A stretch of DNA of 39,503 nt from a virus (Duplodnaviria > Caudoviricetes), in the IMG/VR virus record IMGVR_UViG_3300008450_000121, positions 1 to 39,503 of that record. One strand, given 5' to 3'. Of the stretch, positions 8,614 to 17,282 are shown one piece after another. Both the position numbers and the translations under genes were made by a program. Positions within the stretch are counted from its first letter, which is position 1; every line of letters begins with the position of its first letter. Under the pieces are notes generated by a model. It was not told where the DNA came from and searched no databases. It saw only the letters and a program-made list of their open reading frames with translations.

Positions 8614-8784
8614 ATGATCAAGATTGACTTTGAAATTAACGGCTTTCGTGACGCCCTGCACTTGGCTGATGACCATGGTTTGTCTGACGCCGAGATTGAT
8701 GCAATGAAGCAAGCCCGTTACGACAAGTGGGATGCCTTCGTCAAGAACCCTCCTGTGGTCACTGATGCACCTGTTGAGGAGTAA
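8614..8784 (+). CDS. 56-aa acidic protein, possible fibre chaperone (not in ORF track)
   Basis: SD AAGGA; MIKIDFEINGFRDALHLADDHGLSDAEIDAMKQARYDKWDAFVKNPPVVTDAPVEE; exactly fills the gap between neighbours. Confidence 0.7.
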   Translation: MIKIDFEINGFRDALHLADDHGLSDAEIDAMKQARYDKWDAFVKNPPVVTDAPVEE

Positions 8785-8786
8785 GC

Positions 8787-11700
8787 ATGGCAGCACGATT
8801 TTGGGTAACAGGCGGCACAGGTAACTGGAACAGCACAACCAACTGGTCTGCGACCTCTGGCGGGGCTTCTGGTGCGTCTGTGCCCGGCTCGGCTGACACG
8901 GCAGAGTTTGACGCCTCCTCTGGCGCAGGCACGGCCACGCTTGACATCAGCCCAACGATTCAAACCCTGACTTGTACGGGTTTTACAGGCACGCTTGCCT
9001 TTGGCACAAACACGATTACGCTGAACAGCACAGGCACGATCTTCACTGGCGCTACGACCATGGCGGTCACAGGTACGCCGCAGATTATCTGCACCAACTC
9101 AAGCGCAACGTCAAGGACAATTAGCCCAACAGCCGTTACTGAAGCCAACAGCATTTCTTTTAGGGTTACTGCCGGAACCGGTACTTTTACGATTACAAGC
9201 ACCCAAGCGGTGCGTGATTTGGACTTTACTGATGGGGTAAATCCAACGGGGTATGCTGGTGCGCTCAATAATTCTTCAATAACTATTTATGGAAATTTCA
9301 AAGCCTCTACAGGCATGACCAGAACCGCAGGGGCTACCACATATACTTTTGCCGCAACATCAGGCACAAAAACCATCAACACTGCTGGTGTTACGTTTGA
9401 TAACGCATTCACTTTCAACGGCGTAGGCGGCACTTGGCAGCTTGTTTCAGCCCTTACTTCTGGTTCAATTCGTACAACAACACTGACAAGCGGCACGCTG
9501 GATTTGAATGGCTACACACTGACCACGGGCGTATTTGCTGCCTCTAACGCCAACATCAGAACGCTGGCTTTTGGCTCTGGAAATATTACTATTACCGCAA
9601 ATAATGCGACGGTTTGGACTAACTCTAACGCAACAAATTTTACCGTTACAGGAACGCCAACTGTAAATTGCATTTATTCTGGTTCAGTTGGAACTAGGAC
9701 ATTACTTTGCAATAATACTTCAGGCTCAGAACTTAACGTGTTAAGTTTTAATATTACATCTGGCTCTGATATTGTTGTATTTACTGCCGTCGCTTTTGTT
9801 AAAAATATTAACTTTACAGGCTTTACAGGGACGCTAACAAACACCGCATTAAATATCTATGGCGACGCAACATTTGCTTCTGGGATGACGGTTAATGCTG
9901 GAACAAGTGTTTTAACTTTTGCCGCCACATCGGGCACAAAGACAATCAACACTGCTGGCGTAACAATTGACCGCCCATTTACTTTTAACGGTATAGGTGG
10001 CACTTGGCAGCTTCAAGCAGCACTGACTTCTGGTGCCACTCGCACGGTAACGCTTACCAACGGCACGTTGGATTTGGCTGGTTATACGTTGACCTCTGGA
10101 GGGTTTAGTTCCAATAACAGCAACGTCAGAGCACTGGCTTTTGGCGCTGGCAAGATAGTCGTTACCACTACAACAGGCACGCCTTTGTCGATGTCAACGG
10201 TTACAAACTTTACCTATACAGGTACATCGAGAATTGAAGTTACCGCAAGTGGCGCAGGGAGGACGCTTACCCCGCCTTCTACAAACGCAGTCGAATCAAA
10301 TGTCCTGAACATTTATGTGACCACTGGGTCTGATACGTTAACCATAAGTGGTGCGGCAAGGTTCTTGACTTTTGACTTAACTGGTTTTTCTGGTACGCTG
10401 ACTTACGCATCAAACTCCCGCTATTTTGGAGACTTGGTGTTTTCAAGCGGAATGACCTTGGGAAGTATTGGCTCTACAGGTTTCTTTTTTGCCAAAACAT
10501 CAGGCACTCAGACAATTACAAGCGCAGGAAAAACGATTGGCAACAGCGTAACAGTTGAAGCTCCCGGTGCAACAGTTAGCCTTCAAGATGCTTTGTCCCT
10601 GACGGGCGCACTGACACTTACCAATGGCACGTTGACTACTAACGGTTATGCAGTATCGTCCGCCTCATTTTCATCCAGCAACACTAACACCCGCGCATTG
10701 AATCTTGGCGCAAGCGCGGTCACTCTGTCCAGCACTGGCACTCCTTGGACCATCCTTGACCCCACCAACATGACGTTGAATGCTGGTACGTCTTCAATTA
10801 CAACCACTGGCAATACCGCAGCAATAACTTTTAACGGCGGTGGTTTGACGTATTACAACGTCACATTTGGGGCAACGTACTACAACTACACCCTTACTGG
10901 CGCAAACACATACAACAACCTCACCGTAGCGTCACCTGCCGCCGCTGGTCGTCGTGCGGTTTCCTTGACTGCAAACCAGACCGTCAACGGCACATTGACG
11001 GCGGTGGGTTCTGCGGCAAATTCTCGGCCAAGGCTTAGTGGAAGCAACACTGGAACGACCATCACCGCAGCCGCAGTGTCTTTGGCTGATACAGATTTTG
11101 GCAACATCATTGCAGCAGGCGTTTCATCGCCTTGGTCTGGAACACGTCTTGGCAATGGCGGTGGCAATACCAGTATTACTTTTGCGACACCAAAAACGGT
11201 TTATTGGAACCAGCCAGCAGGCGGAAATTGGTCAGATGTTGCTTGGGCGTTAACAAGCGGTGGTGCAGTAGGAGCAAACAACTTCCCTCTTGCGCAGGAT
11301 TCAGTAATTCTTGACAACACTGGAGTTGGCGCATCGTCCACGATTGCGATGGATTATGGGTGGTTAGTTGGTTCGTTAAGCGCAGCCTCTTTAACCAACG
11401 CCCTAACCATCAATTGGAATGTTTTTCCAAATTTGACTGCCAATACTTTTGGGAATGTAACGCTATCAAGCGCAGTCACCATCACCTACACATCGGGCGC
11501 TTGGGGGGTGTCCTCATTAGGCGCCACCAGCACAATTACAACGGCTGGTGTCAGCATTCCAATTGCCACGGTGAACTTCAGCGCGACATCAAACACGCTG
11601 GTGCTTGGGGATAACTTTACCTCCACGGGAAACGTCGTTGGCCTTGTCGCTGGAACGCTTAACCTCAACGGCAAAACGCTCAGTTGCGTCACGTTTGACT

Positions 11701-12866
11701 CAACCTTCACCGACCTTGAGGTGCGCGTCCTTGCATTCAACGGCGGTCAGATCAACGTCACTGGCAACGCCGCAACCGTATGGGCTTGTGAGAACCTGAC
11801 CAACTTCAGCTACACAGGAACGCCTACGGTGAACTTCACCTACAGCGGTGGCACTGGAACTCGGACAATCAACAATGGAGCGACGGGCGCTACCGAGTCA
11901 AACGTAGTGGACTTCAACGTCACTGCGGGAACAGATCAATGGACTGCTACAGCTCCCAACAGCGTCAGAAACCTAAACTTCACAGGGTTCAGCGGAACGA
12001 CAGGTTTGTTCGGCAGCGGGTTTATTTACGGCAATCTCACTTTGTCGCCCACGCAAACAATTACTTCGTCTGCAAACGCGACCACCTTTGCCGCCACCTC
12101 TGGAACAAAGACCATCACCACAAACGGTGTGACAATTGACCGTCAATTGGTATTTAGTGGCATTGGTGGAACTTGGCAGCTTGGAAGCGCATTAACACTT
12201 GGCGCAACGAACGGTAATATACGGCAATGGGCTGGGACGCTTACAACAAATAATTACGCCCTTACTTTTACCGACTACAAAGCACAAGCGTCTACTGCTG
12301 TGGGCAATCGAACCCTAAATTTAGGCTCGAGCGCAGTCACATTGTTAGGTTCCTCACTTAACGCCGCTTGGCAAGCGGAAGACGGCGCATACGCTCTCAC
12401 GATTAACGCCGGGACTTCCACCATTTATTTAGCAGAAGCGTTTACGGGAGCGACTCGGCAAGATTTTTATGGTGGCGGGAAAACGTACTACAACGTAGTT
12501 TATTCCGGCGGGCAACCCGGCGGGTTTTATAACAGCAGCACATTCAACAGCATCAGCAACACCGCTCAACCGCTTGCTTTAGTTTTTGAGGCTGGAACCA
12601 CACAGACAGTCAACAACTTCAACGTATCTGGTACGGCTGGCAACCTTGTGACTATGACGAGCGCAACGCCCGGAACTCAGTGGGGCCTTGCCAAAAGAAC
12701 TGGCGGCAAGGTGCTGGTTAGCTACGTTTCGATCACGGACTCCGCTGCTACACCTGCTGGATATTGGTTTGCCCCAACATCCCAAGGTAACGTGAACGGC
12801 GGCAACAACACTGGCTGGAACTTTGCCAGTACGGGCCAAAACAGCGGCTTCATGCTGCTTCTGTAA
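8787..12866 (+). CDS. Large repetitive tail fibre/spike (beta-solenoid adhesin-like)
   Basis: SD GAGGAG; 1359 aa dominated by T/G/N/S; ~190-aa repeats containing TFAATSGTKTI...GGTWQL...LTNGTLDL. Confidence 0.8.
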   Translation: MAARFWVTGGTGNWNSTTNWSATSGGASGASVPGSADTAEFDASSGAGTATLDISPTIQTLTCTGFTGTLAFGTNTITLNSTGTIFTGATTMAVTGTPQIICTNSSATSRTISPTAVTEANSISFRVTAGTGTFTITSTQAVRDLDFTDGVNPTGYAGALNNSSITIYGNFKASTGMTRTAGATTYTFAATSGTKTINTAGVTFDNAFTFNGVGGTWQLVSALTSGSIRTTTLTSGTLDLNGYTLTTGVFAASNANIRTLAFGSGNITITANNATVWTNSNATNFTVTGTPTVNCIYSGSVGTRTLLCNNTSGSELNVLSFNITSGSDIVVFTAVAFVKNINFTGFTGTLTNTALNIYGDATFASGMTVNAGTSVLTFAATSGTKTINTAGVTIDRPFTFNGIGGTWQLQAALTSGATRTVTLTNGTLDLAGYTLTSGGFSSNNSNVRALAFGAGKIVVTTTTGTPLSMSTVTNFTYTGTSRIEVTASGAGRTLTPPSTNAVESNVLNIYVTTGSDTLTISGAARFLTFDLTGFSGTLTYASNSRYFGDLVFSSGMTLGSIGSTGFFFAKTSGTQTITSAGKTIGNSVTVEAPGATVSLQDALSLTGALTLTNGTLTTNGYAVSSASFSSSNTNTRALNLGASAVTLSSTGTPWTILDPTNMTLNAGTSSITTTGNTAAITFNGGGLTYYNVTFGATYYNYTLTGANTYNNLTVASPAAAGRRAVSLTANQTVNGTLTAVGSAANSRPRLSGSNTGTTITAAAVSLADTDFGNIIAAGVSSPWSGTRLGNGGGNTSITFATPKTVYWNQPAGGNWSDVAWALTSGGAVGANNFPLAQDSVILDNTGVGASSTIAMDYGWLVGSLSAASLTNALTINWNVFPNLTANTFGNVTLSSAVTITYTSGAWGVSSLGATSTITTAGVSIPIATVNFSATSNTLVLGDNFTSTGNVVGLVAGTLNLNGKTLSCVTFDSTFTDLEVRVLAFNGGQINVTGNAATVWACENLTNFSYTGTPTVNFTYSGGTGTRTINNGATGATESNVVDFNVTAGTDQWTATAPNSVRNLNFTGFSGTTGLFGSGFIYGNLTLSPTQTITSSANATTFAATSGTKTITTNGVTIDRQLVFSGIGGTWQLGSALTLGATNGNIRQWAGTLTTNNYALTFTDYKAQASTAVGNRTLNLGSSAVTLLGSSLNAAWQAEDGAYALTINAGTSTIYLAEAFTGATRQDFYGGGKTYYNVVYSGGQPGGFYNSSTFNSISNTAQPLALVFEAGTTQTVNNFNVSGTAGNLVTMTSATPGTQWGLAKRTGGKVLVSYVSITDSAATPAGYWFAPTSQGNVNGGNNTGWNFASTGQNSGFMLLL

Positions 12867-12867
12867 C

Positions 12868-12960
12868 ATGAAGGACTGGCTGATTGCATTCGTTGCAGCG
12901 GTCAGTCTTATTGGGTTGACTGTCTGGACGGTGCGGACCGTCATTCTTATGTGGGGTTGA
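12868..12960 (+). CDS. 30-aa single-TM peptide (not in ORF track)
   Basis: MKDWLIAFVAAVSLIGLTVWTVRTVILMWG; fills the gap between the fibre gene and the lysis cassette. Confidence 0.5.
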   Translation: MKDWLIAFVAAVSLIGLTVWTVRTVILMWG

Positions 12961-12963
12961 AGT

Positions 12964-13410
12964 ATGTTGGCAGAAATTGCCGCCGCCAATGCGGCCTTTG
13001 CAGTAATAAAAGGTGCTCTGGCGAACGGCAAGGAGCTGCACCAGCTCGGCTCTAGGGTCTTTGATTACTTCGACAACAAGGCCAAAATTCAGGAGAACGT
13101 CACCAAGAAGGGCGGCGGTTCTGACCTTGAAGAATTCATGGCTTTGGAGCAGCTCAAGCAGCAAGAGGAAGAATTGCGTGAGCGCATGGTCTATGCTGGT
13201 AGGCCGGGAATGTGGGGCGATTGGCAGAAGTTCCAAGCCGCTGCCGCCCGTAAGCGCAGGGAAGACGCTGAAGCAGCAGCCAGAGAGAAAAGGCTCAGGG
13301 CTGAGCGACTGGCGCAGTTAATTGAGTACATTGCCCTTGGCATGGCGTCTGTGGTTTTGTCGGCCCTGATCATCTACGGCATCGTTTTGTACATGCTGCA
13401 CCTGCGATGA
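12964..13410 (+). CDS. Membrane protein (coiled coil plus C-terminal TM), lysis-cassette associated
   Basis: Charged helical core; C-terminal hydrophobic YIALGMASVVLSALIIYGIVLY. Confidence 0.7.
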   Translation: MLAEIAAANAAFAVIKGALANGKELHQLGSRVFDYFDNKAKIQENVTKKGGGSDLEEFMALEQLKQQEEELRERMVYAGRPGMWGDWQKFQAAAARKRREDAEAAAREKRLRAERLAQLIEYIALGMASVVLSALIIYGIVLYMLHLR

Positions 13411-14015
13411 GCGACAAACCAGAATCCATCGTTGACAAGGTGCTGTCCTATGTGGACTCGCCGTTTAAACTGTTTGCCATCATCTTGATGGGTGTGATTG
13501 CGTTCTCGGGATACTTTCTGTGGCAGAACCAGACTTTCATGTTGGACGCTTACAAGGAGTCCAAGAAGCTACCAGAGATCAACACCAGCCGGGCCGACGA
13601 CGCCAGTGCCATGCTGTTTAAAAAGACGGGGGCCAATGTGGTGGCGATCTTTAAGGTCAACCCGCTTTTTGGCAGCAGGGTGCTGTACAAGGCATACACC
13701 AAGGACGGGCGAGACAAGAGCGTCGAAGACATTGACGTTGGTCTTTTTAGCCAGAACCAAGCCAACAACGCCGACGTTATCAAGCTGATGACCAACCAGA
13801 TTCCTTGCTCGGAGTACCGCTACGCACAGTCTGAGGTGGGGCTATGGTATCTGGAGAAGGGAGTGGCATACACCTGCCGCGTCAGCGTTCCGCCTGACAA
13901 CCACCGGTTTGTTGGGCAGATCACCGTGGGCTGGGCGGAGCCGCCACAGGACATCGAACAAGTAAAATTCATGCTGGAGATTGCCAGCGCCATGCTAACC
14001 AAAAGGGGTAATTGA
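13407..14015 (+). CDS. Single-TM protein with GAF-like C-terminal domain, T4 holin T-like
   Basis: TM at aa ~21-39; C-terminal YTCRVSVPP..RFVGQITVGW followed by a terminal helix, the typical end of a GAF fold; ATGA coupling. Confidence 0.55.
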   Translation: MSDKPESIVDKVLSYVDSPFKLFAIILMGVIAFSGYFLWQNQTFMLDAYKESKKLPEINTSRADDASAMLFKKTGANVVAIFKVNPLFGSRVLYKAYTKDGRDKSVEDIDVGLFSQNQANNADVIKLMTNQIPCSEYRYAQSEVGLWYLEKGVAYTCRVSVPPDNHRFVGQITVGWAEPPQDIEQVKFMLEIASAMLTKRGN

Positions 14016-14518
14016 TGCTTTCACTACTTTCAACTCTTGGAGGTCTGCTGATCTCCGGCCTGCCCAAGCTTTTGGAATACTTCCAGAACAAGGCTGACCA
14101 AGCGCACGAATTGAAGCTGGCCGCTGTCCAGACCGAGCGTGAACTGGCTTTGGCTGCTGCTGGCTTTGCCGCACAGGCTAAGGTCGAGGAAATCCGTACC
14201 GAGCAGGTCCAGATGGAGACTGACGCCAAGATGACTGAGGCCGCTCTTGCCCATGATGCTAAGGTGCTGGAGAAGGCCGCTACATGGGTTTCCAGCTACG
14301 TGGGCACTGTGCGCCCAACGGTGACTTACATCTTTGTGCTGGAGCTGGTGGCGATCAACGCCTTTATGGCAGTTTACCTGTGGAACCATCCCCACCTGAT
14401 CCAGAGTATTGATGACGTAATCAAGTACGCAGACCTGATCTTCTCCAGCGATGAGATGGCCATGCTGGGCGGGATCATTGGTTTCTGGTTTGGCTCTCGC
14501 GGCTGGAGCAAGAAGTGA
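14015..14518 (+). CDS. Holin, 3-TM (GTA-holin-like)
   Basis: TGATG coupling; three hydrophobic segments, VRPTVTY motif and C-terminal IIGFWFGSR; directly upstream of the endolysin. Confidence 0.75.
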   Translation: MLSLLSTLGGLLISGLPKLLEYFQNKADQAHELKLAAVQTERELALAAAGFAAQAKVEEIRTEQVQMETDAKMTEAALAHDAKVLEKAATWVSSYVGTVRPTVTYIFVLELVAINAFMAVYLWNHPHLIQSIDDVIKYADLIFSSDEMAMLGGIIGFWFGSRGWSKK

Positions 14519-15030
14519 AGCTGTCCAAGGCTGGCGCTGACCTGATGCACCGCTATGAGGGGTGCAGGAACAAGCCATACCTGTGCCCAGCGCACATCTG
14601 GACAATTGGCTACGGCCATGTCCTGTACCAAGAGCAGATCAGGCTTCCCATGGTCAGGCCTCCGGGCAAGACCAAGGCTGACATTCCTATGATTCGCAGC
14701 GAGTACCCGCTGAAACCGGAGGACAACCGTGTCTGGACAAAAGAAGAGATCAACGAACTATTCCGAACTGATGTCAGGGATTTTGAACGGGGTGTTCTTC
14801 GACTTGTTCCCGGCTGTGTTGGCCGTCAAGGCAGCTTTGACGCTTTGGTCTCTATATCCTTCAATTTCGGGCTAGGCAACCTCCAGCGCAGTACGATCAG
14901 GATGAGGGCCAACCGGGGTGACTGGGAGGGTGCAGCCGATGCCTTTAGAGTATGGACAAAAGGTGGCGGAAAAGTCTTGCCGGGTCTGGTCAAGCGCAGA
15001 GAAGCTGAGATTGCGCTCTTTCTGAGTTAA
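14515..15030 (+). CDS. Endolysin, GH24 (T4/P1 Lyz/RrrD-like) lysozyme
   Basis: E-x8-C-x5-T catalytic triad (YEGCRNKPYLCPAHIWTIGYGH), FDALVSISFNFG, GLVKRREAE. Confidence 0.93.
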   Translation: MKLSKAGADLMHRYEGCRNKPYLCPAHIWTIGYGHVLYQEQIRLPMVRPPGKTKADIPMIRSEYPLKPEDNRVWTKEEINELFRTDVRDFERGVLRLVPGCVGRQGSFDALVSISFNFGLGNLQRSTIRMRANRGDWEGAADAFRVWTKGGGKVLPGLVKRREAEIALFLS

Positions 15031-15060
15031 GTGCGAAAATGACGCAAACTGAGGTAAATC

Positions 15061-16920
15061 ATGCCCCTGAAGAAACTTACTCTTAAACCCGGCGTAAATC
15101 GGGAAAACACCCGATACACCAACGAAAACGGGTGGTACGAGTGCGACAAAATTCGGTTTCGCCAAGGCACGCCTGAAAAGCTTGGCGGCTGGGCTCGCCT
15201 GTCATCCTCCACATTTGCTGGAATTTGCCGCTCTTTGTGGAACTGGTTCACGCTAAGCAATTTAAACATTTTGGGCGTTGGCACAAACGAGAAGTTTTAT
15301 TTGGAGCTTGGCGGTGCGTATTACGACATCACCCCCATCCGGGGCACTGCGACCCTGACAAACCCATTTGCCACCACAAACACCCTAACCCTTGTCACGG
15401 TGACTGACGTTGCGCACGGCTGCGTGGACGGTGACTACGTGACATTCAGCGGCGCGACTGCCGTGGGCGGATTGGATTTAAACAACGAGTACCAAGTCAC
15501 CGTGGTGGACGATGACACTTACACCATCACAGCCGCTACCGCAGCTACATCCACGGCGACGGGCGGGGGCACGGTTACTGCGACTTACCAGATCAATGTT
15601 GGCCCTGCTGTTGTTGTGCCGTTGACGGGCTGGGGTGCGGGCCCATGGGGCTTTGGAACATGGGGTAATGGGCAAGTTACCGCAGAAGCACTTCGCCTCT
15701 GGAGTCAATCCAACTTTGGCGAGAACCTTGTGTTCGGGCCTCGCGGCGGAGCAATTTATTACTGGAAGCCTTCTACGGGCCTGACAACTCGCGCAACCTT
15801 GTTGTCCGCAGAGGTCGGCGCAACTGGCGTTCCACTTCAGCAAAACTTCCTTTTGGTGTCGGACGTAAGCCGGTTTGTCTTTGCTTTTGGCACAAATGAA
15901 TATCTATCCTCCACGATCAACCCCATGTTGGTTCGCTGGTCAGATCAAGAAGACGCGACAAACTGGGTTCCTTCTGCATTAACTCAAGCTGGTTCTTTGC
16001 AGCTATCCAGAGGGTCAGAGATCATCACAGCAACCCAGTCCCGGCAGGAGATTCTTGTCTGGACGGATGCCGCCCTGTACTCCTTGCAGTTCCTTGGAGC
16101 GCCTGATGGGTGGGGCGCTCAGCTCATGGGCGACAACATCTCCATCGTGGGACAGAACGCCGTGGCATTCGCAAACGGCGTGGCTTACTGGATGGGCAAG
16201 GATAAGTTCTACAAGTATGACGGACGCAGCCAGACGCTGCGCTGCGACCTGCGCAAGTTCATTTTTGAAGACATCAACACGGTCCAGTACGAGCAAGTGT
16301 TTGCCGGAACCAATGAGGGTTTCAATGAAATATGGTGGTTCTATTGCACGGCCAACTCAAACATCGTAGATCGCTATGTTGTTTACAACTATCTGGAAGA
16401 CATCTGGTACTACGGAAGCATGGGCCGCACGGCTTGGCTTGACTCGGGCATCCGGAACTACCCGATTGCTGCCACCTACGAGCACAACATCGTCAACCAT
16501 GAGCTGGGTGTTGATGACAACGTGCTTGGTACGCCGTTGGCCATTACCTCATACATCTCATCTGCCGAGTTTGATCTGGACGACGGTCATCAGTTTTCGT
16601 TCGTGTGGCGCGTCTTGCCGGACATTACCTTCAGCGGGTCAAGCGTAGAGAACCCACAGGCCACCATGTACCTGCTGCCAATGAAGAACTCAGGCTCCGG
16701 GTACAACGTGCCCGACACTGAAGCCAACCAATCAGTCGGCGGGGTAAGCTTTAAAAACATCACAAGAACCGCAATCCTGCCGATTGAAAAGTTCACGGGC
16801 CAGATATTCACCCGTGTGCGTGGACGTCAACTGATCATCAAGGTAGAGTCCACCGGGGTGGGCGTGAACTGGCAGCTTGGCTCTCCGCGAATTGATATGC
16901 GTGCAGACGGCAGGAGATGA
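15061..16920 (+). CDS. Putative tail nozzle / DNA stabilisation protein (P22 gp10/T7 gp12-like role)
   Basis: SD GAGG; 619 aa with Trp-rich beta-propeller-like repeats (VRWSDQED, AYWMG, EIWWFY, WYYG); located before the ejection-protein block. Confidence 0.65.
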   Translation: MPLKKLTLKPGVNRENTRYTNENGWYECDKIRFRQGTPEKLGGWARLSSSTFAGICRSLWNWFTLSNLNILGVGTNEKFYLELGGAYYDITPIRGTATLTNPFATTNTLTLVTVTDVAHGCVDGDYVTFSGATAVGGLDLNNEYQVTVVDDDTYTITAATAATSTATGGGTVTATYQINVGPAVVVPLTGWGAGPWGFGTWGNGQVTAEALRLWSQSNFGENLVFGPRGGAIYYWKPSTGLTTRATLLSAEVGATGVPLQQNFLLVSDVSRFVFAFGTNEYLSSTINPMLVRWSDQEDATNWVPSALTQAGSLQLSRGSEIITATQSRQEILVWTDAALYSLQFLGAPDGWGAQLMGDNISIVGQNAVAFANGVAYWMGKDKFYKYDGRSQTLRCDLRKFIFEDINTVQYEQVFAGTNEGFNEIWWFYCTANSNIVDRYVVYNYLEDIWYYGSMGRTAWLDSGIRNYPIAATYEHNIVNHELGVDDNVLGTPLAITSYISSAEFDLDDGHQFSFVWRVLPDITFSGSSVENPQATMYLLPMKNSGSGYNVPDTEANQSVGGVSFKNITRTAILPIEKFTGQIFTRVRGRQLIIKVESTGVGVNWQLGSPRIDMRADGRR

Positions 16921-16924
16921 GCGC

Positions 16925-17272
16925 ATGACAATGGTTGTTTCAACAGATTCCCAGCTTCAAAGGATAGCTCCGCCTGCTTTGCCGCAGGCCACAGACGAGT
17001 ATTCCCGGCCATACCAAGACCAGCTCAACAACGTCTTGCGCCTGTACTTCAACCGGTTCAACGCAATTTTGGATCAGTTGCAGTCTTCGGATGTTTTGCC
17101 ACCGCTGGTAAATTACACTGTAGCCACGCTGCCCAGCGCGGTTACCGCAGGTGTTGGCGCTCGGTCTTTTGTGACCAACGCGCTGGCTCCGGCATTTGGC
17201 GCTACGGTAGTGGGCGGTGGAGCAGTGGCTGTTCCGGTTTATTCTGACGGCACAAATTGGAAAGTTGGCTAA
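16925..17272 (+). CDS. Putative small tail protein
   Basis: AGGAG upstream; PALP...LRLYFN motif and a YTVATLPSA...VYSDGTNWKVG domain common in phage tail proteins. Confidence 0.65.
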   Translation: MTMVVSTDSQLQRIAPPALPQATDEYSRPYQDQLNNVLRLYFNRFNAILDQLQSSDVLPPLVNYTVATLPSAVTAGVGARSFVTNALAPAFGATVVGGGAVAVPVYSDGTNWKVG

Positions 17273-17282
17273 AGGAAAAATT

